A stretch of DNA of 64,000 nucleotides, from the NCBI GenBank assembly GCA_024639185.1, contig JAHEIW010000011.1, positions 976-64,975 of the forward strand, given 5' to 3'. The notes under the pieces were generated by a model that worked only from the letters and a program-made list of their open reading frames with translations, made no database searches and had not been told where the DNA came from. Positions within the stretch are counted from its first letter, which is position 1. Every line of letters begins with the position of its first letter. This DNA is from Deltaproteobacteria bacterium. Its GTDB lineage: Bacteria > Desulfobacterota > Desulfobacteria > Desulfobacterales > JAHEIW01. A program made the translations under genes and the position numbers. This document shows positions 1 to 9,426 of the stretch, in pieces.

Positions 1-115
1 GCCCGGGCTGAAAATTGAAATTGAGAATTTTAAAATAGGGTGAATCATGCACCAGAAGTTTTTTAAACGCCTTTTCAGAAAAATCGTTTTCCGCGTAAAG
101 ATTGAGCTGTTTCAT
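1..115 (-). CDS. cupin-like protein, N-terminal fragment (gene runs off the window start)
   Basis: The ATG at 113-115 (rc) is preceded by AGGAGG (rc of 121-126). It translates MKQLNLYAENDFSEKAFKKLLVHDSPYFKILNFNFQPG and stays open to the window edge. This ORF is not in the supplied track because it is partial. Confidence 0.4.
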   Translation of the reverse strand, partial: MKQLNLYAENDFSEKAFKKLLVHDSPYFKILNFNFQPG

Positions 116-303
116 AGCAGCCTCCTATTGGGTTGATTTGCTAGCATTAATGAAAATATATATGCGATTAACCAGCATAGATGAATGTGCTGTGGGAGAT
201 CATTGATATAGGTCAAAATTATTAAAAGAAGACCCGCATACGGTTGCGGGTCAGGACCGTGATGCGGGTCAGGATATCATAACGGGATTATGGGGCCGCA
301 GCT

Positions 304-1770
304 TCAGCGAGTTGCTGGCACGTTGGGTGAAATGGTGACATCTATGCGGCGATTCATGGCCCGGCCTTTTTCGGTTGAATTTGACGCCAGCGGACGCATG
401 GATCCGTATCCGACCGAGATGATCTTTTCAAACGGTAAAATACCGTTGGCGACAAGGTACTGACGGACTGCCTCCGCCCGTTGCTGGGACAAATGTTCAT
501 TTATCGGTTCAGGTCCTGTGCTGTCAGTATGGCCGCCGATAATGACATCCGGTTCGCCAAAAGCCCGGATGGCGCGCTGAACTTTACTAAGCAAGGCATA
601 ATTATCCGGCATGATCACCGATTGCCCCACTGGGAACTCTATGGTTTTGAGCCGGATAATCAGTTGATTTTCTCTTTTATAAACTTCTGCTTCATGAGGT
701 TCAAAATAGCCCCTGACTTCGCTGAAAAGCTGGTTGAGCTGTTTTTGGGCCGTCAACCGCTCCCGTTGCTGACGGCTCTGGCCTTCCAGAGATGCGATCT
801 TTTGCTGCAGGTCGGTGATTTCCAGCTGCTGCTCTTTGATCTTTTTGGTTGTAAATACTTGATCTTCCCGCTGGGCGGATATGGTCGCAACGATATTATC
901 CAGTTGCTGCTCAAAAGACTGATCCCGCATATCGGGTGCCGCCAGCTGGCTGGACGTCTTGTAAAGCATATTTTCCATGTTGAGAGCCATTTGCTCCGGC
1001 GTCATCTGCTGGAGCTTGATGGTTTCTTTGGCGATTTCCATATGGCGGCGCGCAAGAAAAAGGGCCTCATTGGCCAACGTGCTCATCTGTTCCTTTTGGT
1101 AAGGATTTTCGGTAATAAATGTATCGGCCTCTGTAAATTTATTTTTAGCAGCCGTGTAGGACGCCGGTGCAATTTTATCGGTTTTTTGTTTTTCGGCTGC
1201 TCGCAGCAGATTGCGCACCTGACCAATGGTGCTAACTTTTATTGCCCTTATTTCCAGCTGGCGAAATTTTTCGGCCACCTCGGCCTGGTTTCGCTGAGCA
1301 TAGCCCAGATTTTCCTTTTCGATGGCATGCGTGAGCTCCAAAAATTCTTCTTCAACGGCTGTATAATCCCTACCAAGGCCGGCTGCTCCGGCCTTGCGAG
1401 CCAGCTCGCGTGCTTCGATAACTTCAGGCAGTGTGGCTTTGGAAACTTTTGCTATTTTTTCGGCGCGGTCTATCTGGGCCTGTCCGGTGGCGATGTTTTC
1501 AAAAATTTTTGAAAGCTCAGCCCCTTCGTCCAGAAGTCGTTTGGCTTCATTGAGCGAAGATTCGGCCTTTGCAAACCAGGTCGGTGCCAAAACATTTATT
1601 TTTTCGTTGCGGGCCAGGGCAATCTCACTGTCCAGTTTGTTAACCAGTTCCTGCGGATGCTCTGATTTTGGGATGGATTGAACCTCCAGCTGGCGGCCGC
1701 CGCAGGCCGCAACTAAAAATAAAATCATTAAGAGCCATACGATTCGTTTATAGCAGATCTGTTGTATCAT
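304..1770 (-). CDS. OmpA-family lipoprotein with a long coiled-coil N-terminal region
   Basis: 488 aa. Signal peptide plus lipobox LVAAC. Long helical, Q/E/K-rich middle. C-terminal OmpA/MotB peptidoglycan-binding motif (GHTDSTG...NxxLSxxRAEAV...NRRIDV). Confidence 0.85.
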   Translation of the reverse strand: MIQQICYKRIVWLLMILFLVAACGGRQLEVQSIPKSEHPQELVNKLDSEIALARNEKINVLAPTWFAKAESSLNEAKRLLDEGAELSKIFENIATGQAQIDRAEKIAKVSKATLPEVIEARELARKAGAAGLGRDYTAVEEEFLELTHAIEKENLGYAQRNQAEVAEKFRQLEIRAIKVSTIGQVRNLLRAAEKQKTDKIAPASYTAAKNKFTEADTFITENPYQKEQMSTLANEALFLARRHMEIAKETIKLQQMTPEQMALNMENMLYKTSSQLAAPDMRDQSFEQQLDNIVATISAQREDQVFTTKKIKEQQLEITDLQQKIASLEGQSRQQRERLTAQKQLNQLFSEVRGYFEPHEAEVYKRENQLIIRLKTIEFPVGQSVIMPDNYALLSKVQRAIRAFGEPDVIIGGHTDSTGPEPINEHLSQQRAEAVRQYLVANGILPFEKIISVGYGSMRPLASNSTEKGRAMNRRIDVTISPNVPATR

Positions 1771-2123
1771 TTTTCTAAACCCTTTTTTATCCGATAGATG
1801 ACCGCCTCTCGCGGGTATACTATCTGACTATCTGTTTCAAAATAATTATTTTTACAAAATAAAATCCTCAACGGCAAGCTAAAATTGTGGCGTCTTAACC
1901 TCAGCGATGATATTTTTTAATAAAAGGCCATCCTGTGTGGTTGTACTTTGACCTTTAAGATATTAAAATGTAAGGTGCACACCGAAGTTTCATATTCCAT
2001 ATTAAGCGTTTTATACCGCTTGTCACTACAATGTTCGGAATAACGCAAAAATGGATGGCGGCATAAGTGTTGGAGCAAAAACCGTCCTGCAATCGGAACG
2101 TTTTTTTGACAACGACTATAGAC

Positions 2124-2861
2124 ATGAAAACAAACCCCAATACAGATCTCATTCTTTCATATGCCCATACGCATAACCGCTGTTTATCCTGCGGTACCGA
2201 CGAAAATATGGGTAGACGAAAATACTGCTCTATCGATTGTCGCCAGAAGCTGCGTTACAGTTTGAATATGCGCACAGGTTTGTTAAGAGCGCTCAGCACC
2301 AAGTATGCGGTCTTCTATTTTACGACTTCCCTTATTTTTCTGGATGTGTTGCCATATGGCTCAGCGGATATTTTCAGTTTTCTGTTTCCGCGCAGTGTCG
2401 GACGAAAACCGGTTGATGATTTCACCACACTGTCCAACGTGTTAGGAAGGGCGTGGTGGGCTGAAAGGCGCCGGACCAACAAGCGCTATATCGCCACCCA
2501 GCATGTTTTGGAAAGAGCCAAGAATCAAGATGCCGGCTATAATTCAATCAAACCTTATGAAATCGTGGAACCAGCGCGAATGGCAAAGTCATTGACCTTT
2601 CTTAAACTGGGCCGTGCGGACCTGGATTCACCTGAATTGCAAAGGACCATTAAAAGTGCCTACCGACAGCAGGCTAAAACCCACCACCCCGATCAGGGGG
2701 GCGACGCTGCTGTTTTCTTGCGGGTTCAACAGGCCTATGAGCAACTGATGGACTGGGCTGAAAACCCGACATACACGCGCCGTCGTGGTTTTCCAGATAA
2801 ATGGTTTTATGAAGGCAGTACTAGCCGGTGGATACAACCCGCCGCCATAAAACTGGCTTAA
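2124..2861 (+). CDS. J-domain (DnaJ-like) protein with an N-terminal Cys4 zinc-ribbon-like motif
   Basis: C-terminal J-domain with the HPD tripeptide (YRQQAKTHHPDQGGD...FLRVQQAYEQL). N-terminal CLSCG...CSIDC. ATG at 2124 preferred over the alternative start at 2067. The last 4 codons and the stop lie inside the repeat at 2849-2991. Confidence 0.7.
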   Translation: MKTNPNTDLILSYAHTHNRCLSCGTDENMGRRKYCSIDCRQKLRYSLNMRTGLLRALSTKYAVFYFTTSLIFLDVLPYGSADIFSFLFPRSVGRKPVDDFTTLSNVLGRAWWAERRRTNKRYIATQHVLERAKNQDAGYNSIKPYEIVEPARMAKSLTFLKLGRADLDSPELQRTIKSAYRQQAKTHHPDQGGDAAVFLRVQQAYEQLMDWAENPTYTRRRGFPDKWFYEGSTSRWIQPAAIKLA

Positions 2862-2991
2862 AACCGCATAATTTTCCCGATGGCTGCGTTACAATTCGTT
2901 TCAAAATGCTCGCGTACTATCGTGTACGCTCCGCTTTTGAAACGAATCAAGCCTTGCCCTTGAAAAAATTCTACGGTTTTAAGCCAGTTTT
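2849..2991. repeat. ~142-bp near-palindromic intergenic element, family A, full copy
   Basis: Perfect 18-bp terminal inverted repeat aaaactggcttaaaaccg / cggttttaagccagtttt. The core matches the copies at 3898-4041, 25546-25690 and 60081-60222. Confidence 0.85.
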
Positions 2992-3094
2992 AGTTTAAAC
3001 TTTAAACATAATATTGTTTTCAAGGAAAACGATCCTGTTAGCAACTTATTTACTGTAGGATTGTTTAATTAGGCAAATTTTATTACTAACGGGT

Positions 3095-3769
3095 CTACCC
3101 AACAGCGGCGGCGACCACGGCCTGCACATTTTCCAGTTTGGCATTGGCCGGGATATCGCAGCCAGACTGCAATATAAAACCCTGCGGGCCAAGCTGCCGG
3201 ATGAGACGTGTACAGTATGCGTAGATATCCTCGGGCTGCTTTAAAAACAGCATCGATGCCGGAACATCTCCCATAATACACATGTGATCGCCCAAAATTT
3301 CTTTGGCTTTGAAAATAGCGGTTTCACCGTCAAAGGCCAAAATACATTTTCCTCGCGGAAGTTCTTTGAAACGCTCCAGTTCGCGCGTCCAATCCGAATC
3401 CAGATGTAACAATGCAATCAGCCCTGCATCAACCACCTGCCACATCTCATTATCGGGCAAATCCACTCCCGGTACGCGCACCTTGGCCATAAAATCATAG
3501 CACAGGCCATACGGCCAGAAGGCCCCATAGTTGATGGCATCACCATCACCCACCAGCTCAAATGCTTTGATCATGGTGTCGATATTGGTTCGGGGAGATT
3601 TCAAGAAGGCCGCCATCGGTGTGTGGGTGGCATTGGCCGCAAACCCGGAATACTCCAGAACAACCGGTGTGCGATCCGGCTTTTCCAGGGCAACGGCCTT
3701 TAAGATTCGATCCAACCGCTGGTTGTATAGATCTTCAGTGCACATGCTATTTGGCTTGTTTTTTTTCAC
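3095..3769 (-). CDS. uroporphyrinogen decarboxylase (URO-D/MtaA-like) family protein, apparently internally deleted (possible pseudogene)
   Basis: 224 aa. The N-terminal ~100 aa and C-terminal ~115 aa resemble the two ends of the URO-D barrel family (members are usually 330-400 aa). The central part appears absent, with the junction near ...NEMWQVV/DAGLIALLHLD. The first start codon is GTG at 3769; an ATG lies at 3745. Confidence 0.55.
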   Translation of the reverse strand: MKKNKPNSMCTEDLYNQRLDRILKAVALEKPDRTPVVLEYSGFAANATHTPMAAFLKSPRTNIDTMIKAFELVGDGDAINYGAFWPYGLCYDFMAKVRVPGVDLPDNEMWQVVDAGLIALLHLDSDWTRELERFKELPRGKCILAFDGETAIFKAKEILGDHMCIMGDVPASMLFLKQPEDIYAYCTRLIRQLGPQGFILQSGCDIPANAKLENVQAVVAAAVG

Positions 3770-3773
3770 CGCA

Positions 3774-3818
3774 GACCCGCCCGCCTCGCCTTTTGGACTC
3801 GCGTGGCGGGCGTGGGGC
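3774..3818. repeat. GC-rich stem-loop repeat, family B
   Basis: The sequence gacccgcccgcctcgcctt...tggcgggcgtggg is near-identical to 63955-63997. The 19 nt on the 5-prime side and 13 nt on the 3-prime side are identical; the loop differs. Confidence 0.8.
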
Positions 3819-3897
3819 GCAAAGTGTGCAAAGATTATCTGATTATCTGGAAGGACTATATAGATCTATGAAACTATCTTGATTAAAAAATATTATT

Positions 3898-4041
3898 AGA
3901 ATCGATTTGAAAACATCAGATTTTGGTTGAGAGCAAGGCATAATTCGATTCAAAAACGGAGCGTACACGTCAGTACGCGAGTATTTTGAATTGAATTATA
4001 ACACAGCTATCGGCCAAAAGATGTGTTTTGAAATCGATTCT
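3898..4041. repeat. ~142-bp near-palindromic intergenic element, family A, full copy
   Basis: Termini agaatcgatttgaaaacat / atgtgttttgaaatcgattct are complementary. The core caaaaacggagcgtacacgtcagtacgcgagtattttgaa matches the other copies. The right end overlaps the ilvD stop codon (4040-4042). Confidence 0.85.
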
Positions 4042-5734
4042 ACCGTTCGAAAACTGCGCCCGTATCCGCGCTCGAAACCATCTGTGCATAACGGGCCAGA
4101 TAGCCGCTTTTGACTTTGGGCTCAAATTCGGGCAGGGCAGCGATCCGTTTGCGAATCTCGTCTTCGGTTAATTGCACGTTGAGACGTTTTTGGGGGATAT
4201 CGATTTCGATAATATCCCCATCGCGCAGTGCTGCAATCGGCCCGCCTGCAGCCGCTTCCGGAGAAACGTGCCCGATGGCCGCCCCGCGGCTGGCGCCTGA
4301 AAAGCGACCGTCGGTGATCAGGGCCACCTGCTTATCCATCCCCATACCGGCCAGCGCCGATGTGGGCGAGAGCATTTCGCGCATGCCGGGCCCGCCTTTT
4401 GGCCCTTCATAGCGAACCACGATCACTTCGCCTTTTTTAATCTGCGCATCCATGATGGCCTCAAACACATCTTCTTCAGAGTTAAAAATCCGGGCTGGAC
4501 CCGCATGGGTCAGCATCTCCTCTGAGACGGCAGCCTGTTTTACAATGGCGCCATCGGGCGCCAGGTTCCCGCTGAGAATGGCCAGTCCGCCGCCGCGGTG
4601 GACCGGTTTTTCAATTGAACGAATGACCGTATAATCTTTGACGCCGGCGTTTATGTCGGTCAGCATGTCGCCAACGGATTTCCCGTAGACTGTCGGCGGG
4701 TTGGTTTTGATGAGCCGGGCTTTGTTCAGTTCGGCCAAAATGGCAGGGATGCCACCGGCATAAAATAGATCTACAACGTGATGGGGACCGGCGGGCGCAA
4801 TAGAGGTCAAATGGGGCACTTTGGCGGTAAAGGGATCCAGATCTCTGAGGGTTAAATCCAGGCCGGCATAATAGGCCAGTGCCGGAATGTGCAGCGCCGT
4901 ATTGGTGGAACCGCCCAGCGCCATATCGGCCGCAATGGCATTGTGAAACGCGTCTGCTGTCATGATATCGCGGGGTTTTAAGTCCTTTTTGACCAGCTCG
5001 ACGGCTTTGTAGCCGGTTTCTTTGGCCAGCCATATGCGTTCCGAAAAAACAGCCGGTGCACTGCCGTTAAACGGCAGCGACATGCCCAGCGCTTCTGAAA
5101 GATTGCTCATGGTATTGGCAGTGAACATTCCCGAACAGGAGCCGGCGCCGGGGCAGGCAGCGCATTCAAAGGTATCCAGTTCTTCTTCGGAAATTTTTCC
5201 ACTTTTAAAACGACCGACAGCTTCAAAAACTTTGTCCAGTCCCGTATCTTTGCCCTGGACCTTGCCTGGCAGCATCGGCCCGCCGGATAAAAAAATCGCG
5301 GGAATGTTCAACCGGGCAGCAGCGATCAGCATGCCCGGTATGATCTTGTCACAGGATGCCAGCAAAACCAAACCATCAAAAGGATGGGCTACCGCCATGG
5401 TTTCGACCGTGTCGGCGATCAATTCCCGGCTGGGCAGCGAATATTTCATGCCATCATGGTTCATGGCGATGCCGTCACAAATACCGATGGTGTTAAAGAC
5501 CAGCGGCGTGCCCCCGGCTGCATATATCCCGGCTTTGACCGCATCGACCAGCTTGTCCAGATGCATGTGTCCCGGTATGATCTCATTGAATGAGTTGGCG
5601 ATACCGATCATCGGCCGTTCCAACTCCCAGTCCGTGAAGCCATCTGCTCTGAGCAGGGAACGATGGGGTGCTCTTTCGGGGCCTTTGGTCATCAAATCAC
5701 TTCGTTTGCTCATTGTTCTGTTCCTTATATTCAA
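4040..5734 (-). CDS. ilvD: dihydroxy-acid dehydratase
   Basis: 564-aa ORF with typical IlvD/Edd sequence ([13 protein letters not shown]..., CDKIIPGM, Fe-S Cys residues). The real start is probably MSKRSD at 5713. Confidence 0.95.
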   Translation of the reverse strand: MNIRNRTMSKRSDLMTKGPERAPHRSLLRADGFTDWELERPMIGIANSFNEIIPGHMHLDKLVDAVKAGIYAAGGTPLVFNTIGICDGIAMNHDGMKYSLPSRELIADTVETMAVAHPFDGLVLLASCDKIIPGMLIAAARLNIPAIFLSGGPMLPGKVQGKDTGLDKVFEAVGRFKSGKISEEELDTFECAACPGAGSCSGMFTANTMSNLSEALGMSLPFNGSAPAVFSERIWLAKETGYKAVELVKKDLKPRDIMTADAFHNAIAADMALGGSTNTALHIPALAYYAGLDLTLRDLDPFTAKVPHLTSIAPAGPHHVVDLFYAGGIPAILAELNKARLIKTNPPTVYGKSVGDMLTDINAGVKDYTVIRSIEKPVHRGGGLAILSGNLAPDGAIVKQAAVSEEMLTHAGPARIFNSEEDVFEAIMDAQIKKGEVIVVRYEGPKGGPGMREMLSPTSALAGMGMDKQVALITDGRFSGASRGAAIGHVSPEAAAGGPIAALRDGDIIEIDIPQKRLNVQLTEDEIRKRIAALPEFEPKVKSGYLARYAQMVSSADTGAVFER

Positions 5735-6742
5735 TTACTTATTGTTCATGGGTTTCAACAATTTTTCCACATATACGCTGACGGGGATCAGCTTTTGGGC
5801 CAGCATAATCTCTTCAGTTTGTTGCCAGGCGGCCACATCTATTGCGCCAAATCTAAATTTCGCAGAGGGCATCATCAAGATGCGGGTGGCAGGCAATTGC
5901 TGGCGAACGATGTCCTCTGGTGTTTCTTTATTGTATTTTAGTAGCAGCGCTATGGCCTTTTCGGTATTGGCCGGGTCCAACGCCTCCCGCCAGCCTTCAA
6001 GCAACGCTTTGATAAACCGCTGAACCGTTTCACGTCTGTCCTCAAGCATTTTACGGGTGGTGACCACTGAGTTGGCGACAAATCGGATGCCCATTTTGCT
6101 GGGGTCCATTAAATCAAAGCGTTCGCCCGCTTTTATCAGCTTGGCACCGATGATGGGCGCCTGGGCATTACGATACAGAGGCCACAGGTCAACTTTACCC
6201 TGGTAAAAAGGGGTATAATCATAACGCACGCTGAAAAGAGTGACTTCATTTTCCTGAATGCCGTATTTGGCCAGCAGCGCACGCATGATGGTTTCATCAT
6301 TGCCACCATGGGTAATACCGATGGTTTTGCCCTTAAGATCCTGGGGGGTTTTTAGCGGTATTTTATCCGGGCGATAAATCCAATGCAGTGGATTGGTTTG
6401 GAAAAGCTGGGCGATGACCACAATCGGAGAACCCTTTGAAACCGCCCTGATCACCTGATCGGCTGAGGCGACGCCAAACTGGGCATGGCCCAATTCGAGC
6501 TCCTTGATGGCGTCTTTTTCAGGTCCCCCTGGTTTGACATTTACCGCCAGGCCCTGTTTTTTGAATAATCCGCTGTCAAGGGCGTAAAGGTCTCCGACCA
6601 CGCTGATGTTATATAGCCACTTAAGCCGGTAACTGACTTCTTCCAGCGGTTTTTCAGCCTCCGGTGTGCAGCCTGCCAAAATTAGGATAAGGATCAAACC
6701 CATTACTGGCAAACCGAAATGATCAAACAGTTGTCGCTGCAT
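5735..6742 (-). CDS. ABC transporter substrate-binding lipoprotein, NMT1/THI5 (SsuA/TauA-like) family
   Basis: Lipobox LILAGC. Length and periplasmic-binding-protein pattern typical of the nitrate/sulfonate/bicarbonate-type SBP family. Sits in an operon with a permease and an ATPase. Confidence 0.75.
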   Translation of the reverse strand: MQRQLFDHFGLPVMGLILILILAGCTPEAEKPLEEVSYRLKWLYNISVVGDLYALDSGLFKKQGLAVNVKPGGPEKDAIKELELGHAQFGVASADQVIRAVSKGSPIVVIAQLFQTNPLHWIYRPDKIPLKTPQDLKGKTIGITHGGNDETIMRALLAKYGIQENEVTLFSVRYDYTPFYQGKVDLWPLYRNAQAPIIGAKLIKAGERFDLMDPSKMGIRFVANSVVTTRKMLEDRRETVQRFIKALLEGWREALDPANTEKAIALLLKYNKETPEDIVRQQLPATRILMMPSAKFRFGAIDVAAWQQTEEIMLAQKLIPVSVYVEKLLKPMNNK

Positions 6743-6771
6743 CTATTACCTCCCGTAGGACCTTTAATCCC

Positions 6772-7521
6772 TTAAACACTGCCGATGCGTTTTTTAATCT
6801 CCATACCCAACCATTCCAGAAACACCAGATAGATTGAGGTGCAAATCCCGATTAAAAAAAGCGCAACCAGAATTTTTGCCAGATCGCTCTGGTAAAGGGC
6901 GATTCGTATACTGTATCCGATACCTGCATTGGCTGCAATAAATTCGGCCACAATGGTGCCCACCATAGCCAGGGTGGCACTGCCGACAATAACGGTCATC
7001 AGTTTGTGCATATTTTCAAAAGCCCGGATTTTAACCTGAAGCTGCCAGTTCATCCTGCGTGTGGATTCAAAAAAGTGTTCGATTTCAGCCACCGGCTCCG
7101 ACAATATTCCGATGATTGAGAGCAATAACGGGAAATAGCAGATCATGGCGGCGATGAGTAAGCGGGAGGAAAGGCCGTCTCCCAACAGGATAAAAATAAT
7201 CGGTGCCACAGCCACAATGGGGTAGGCCTGAATATTGTAAGCCGCCACGCGGATAAACGAACCGATCCAGATGGTTAAGCGTCCGATAATGCCCACCAGC
7301 GTTGCCATGCAAATGGACAACAGGTGACCCAGAATGGCAACCGCCAGGGTGTTGAGTACCGCCAGCAGGTAAAGCCAGAAATAGCGCCGGCAGGCCATGC
7401 CGATTTCGGAAAAGCCCGGTATGACATAATCGGATAAATTCAGACTATATTTTACCAGCATCAGACCGGCAAAACCGATGAAATAGATCATCAAAAATTG
7501 ATAAATACGCCTATGCAGCAT
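6772..7521 (-). CDS. ABC transporter permease (SsuC/TauC-like)
   Basis: Six or more hydrophobic helices and a BPD_transp_1-like region. ATG at 7521 (MLHRRIYQ...) overlaps the upstream ATPase stop by 11 nt. The N-terminal extension in the track to 7674 is unlikely to be real. Confidence 0.8.
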   Translation of the reverse strand: MLHRRIYQFLMIYFIGFAGLMLVKYSLNLSDYVIPGFSEIGMACRRYFWLYLLAVLNTLAVAILGHLLSICMATLVGIIGRLTIWIGSFIRVAAYNIQAYPIVAVAPIIFILLGDGLSSRLLIAAMICYFPLLLSIIGILSEPVAEIEHFFESTRRMNWQLQVKIRAFENMHKLMTVIVGSATLAMVGTIVAEFIAANAGIGYSIRIALYQSDLAKILVALFLIGICTSIYLVFLEWLGMEIKKRIGSV

Positions 7522-8203
7522 TGACGATCTCCAGCATGCATTGCTCAAGATCCTTTTCAGCAATCGGCTGACGGCCATTAAAATCCTGCCCCTGCAGCGA
7601 AACGGCTTGGGGATTTTTATGGTAACTGCGCAGCACAAGGATCTGTTTGCAAAATTTGGCAACCTCAACCACATTATGCGAGATGTATAAGAAGCAGCGA
7701 TCAGGGTACAGGGCCTTTATTTTTAATATGATTTTTTCTTTGGTGATTTCATCCACATTGGCCAGGCTTTCGTCCATGATCAGCAGGTCAAAGTCCTGGA
7801 GTAAATAACGCGTCAAATTGGTCCGGTTTTGTTGCCCCAGGGACAGTTGTGCGAAGCGGGAATTCAAACAGGGCTCGAGCCCAAACGAATCCACCAATTC
7901 TTCCATGCGGCTGTGTTTGGGGGGCGGCGTTATTTGTGTCAGATGATCCTGGACGCTGTGCCAGCCCGGAAGCCGCTCCAGATTATAGGTGTAAAGGACA
8001 TGCGTCATTTGATCGGTTCGAACAGCTCCGGAAAATGCTGTGATGGACCCGCTAATCATCTTTGCAAGGGTCGTCTTGCCGACACCGGATGGTCCAAACA
8101 GGGCGTGAAAACCGGGCGCGGTCACCTGGCAGCTCAGTTGCCGGAAAACGTTTCTGGCCGATCCCGGATACGTATAATTGATGTCTTTTAATTCAAGCTG
8201 CAT
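7511..8203 (-). CDS. ABC transporter ATP-binding protein
   Basis: Walker A GPSGVGKTT, signature LSLGQQNR, Walker B LLIMDES. Confidence 0.9.
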   Translation of the reverse strand: MQLELKDINYTYPGSARNVFRQLSCQVTAPGFHALFGPSGVGKTTLAKMISGSITAFSGAVRTDQMTHVLYTYNLERLPGWHSVQDHLTQITPPPKHSRMEELVDSFGLEPCLNSRFAQLSLGQQNRTNLTRYLLQDFDLLIMDESLANVDEITKEKIILKIKALYPDRCFLYISHNVVEVAKFCKQILVLRSYHKNPQAVSLQGQDFNGRQPIAEKDLEQCMLEIVNAA

Positions 8204-8238
8204 TCTGCCTCTAAGAATATAATGGACCCCAAAAAAAC

Positions 8239-9426
8239 TTAAATTTGAATTAACGACTGGTCTGTGAGCGTCAGCCTCTTCAGGCCCTCGGCAGTCATGA
8301 CATAGTCATCCTCCAATCCGACGACGCCGGTTTGGGGGAAAACGAATTTGGGCTCCAGGGCCAGCACCATGCCATTTTCCAGCGGGTCTTCAAAACGCGG
8401 AGAAATGATGGGGTATTCATCGATTTCCAGCCCGATGCCATGCCCGATGAATTTAACTTGACCTTCCCCATGACCCATAAAGAATTTGGACAGGCCCTCT
8501 TGCTGCGCCTTTTGAGCCGCTGCTTCATAGAGCTTTGCACATGAAATGCCCGGACGGGCTTTGTCGACCAAAAGAGCAAGGATATCCTGTGAGCAGGCGT
8601 AGGCCTTGTTTAGGCGCTCAGAAAGCGTTCCGACAACATAGGTCCTGAATTGATCGCCGACATAACCGTTAATGGCAACTCCGTAGTCGACCCCAATGGG
8701 TTCGTTGCGTCTTATCTTGCGAAAACCGGCACCCTGAGCCATGGCCGGTGTATTACCGGTGCCGCCGTGGGGGCTGTTCAGCAGCGAGACGGTTGCGCCG
8801 CTGCGGCCTGCCAACACGTGAGCGTAAGTCATTTCCTGGTTCCAGCCGCGCATGCGCAGGGTGCCCATATGGCCTTCCCGCCTCGCAATCATGGCCAGGT
8901 GCCCGTCGATTTCCAGCTCGGTGATGCCCTCGCGAATAATATTTTTCAGTTCCGTCAAACCGGTGTGCAATACGGCAGCGGATTTTTTAATCTGCTCTAT
9001 TTCATAATCTGACTTAACCATACGCAATCTGCGGATGATGCTGGATATGTCCTTCCAGCTGCATTGCGGCAGGGATTGCTGAAACCACAAATACAGATTT
9101 GCCGGCAGAACATCCATCTCTAAACCGGCCCGCTCCAAACGACTAAAGCCGAAGTCGTTTAAGATATGTGGAATTGAATTTTTATTTTCGACCGGGATGA
9201 TATTTTCTAACGAAGATTCAAGCTCGGCCCGCTTGATATTTTTTAGGACCATCAGAAGGGGCTGGCCGTGGGCGGGCACAAATAAGACAGCAGACTGTAT
9301 GGTTCCGCTAAAATAATATAGATCAGCGTTTTGCAAAATAAAGGCACCGTCCAGCTGGCGGGCTGCCAGCCGGGTTTGGAATTTTATGATACGCTGATGT
9401 ATTTCCTGGCGGGGGACGGTCTGCAT
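8239..9426 (-). CDS. M24-family peptidase (Xaa-Pro aminopeptidase / creatinase-like)
   Basis: Creatinase-like N-terminal domain plus a pita-bread fold, with the metal-ligand pattern ...HGIGLEIDEYP...ALEP. The probable start MQTVPRQ at 9426 forms TAATG with the upstream stop. Confidence 0.85.
   Translation of the reverse strand: MQTVPRQEIHQRIIKFQTRLAARQLDGAFILQNADLYYFSGTIQSAVLFVPAHGQPLLMVLKNIKRAELESSLENIIPVENKNSIPHILNDFGFSRLERAGLEMDVLPANLYLWFQQSLPQCSWKDISSIIRRLRMVKSDYEIEQIKKSAAVLHTGLTELKNIIREGITELEIDGHLAMIARREGHMGTLRMRGWNQEMTYAHVLAGRSGATVSLLNSPHGGTGNTPAMAQGAGFRKIRRNEPIGVDYGVAINGYVGDQFRTYVVGTLSERLNKAYACSQDILALLVDKARPGISCAKLYEAAAQKAQQEGLSKFFMGHGEGQVKFIGHGIGLEIDEYPIISPRFEDPLENGMVLALEPKFVFPQTGVVGLEDDYVMTAEGLKRLTLTDQSLIQI

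Noticed and set aside
481-1512. 343-aa plus-strand ORF antisense to the OmpA-family gene
   Set aside because: It is fully nested antisense within a gene that has clear domain signatures. Its product is low-complexity and rich in Phe, Leu, Gly and Arg with no motifs. This is a typical shadow ORF.
5022-6023. 333-aa plus-strand ORF spanning the ilvD / binding-protein junction
   Set aside because: It is antisense to two well-supported genes and crosses their boundary. The Ser/Pro/Ala-rich translation has no recognisable features.
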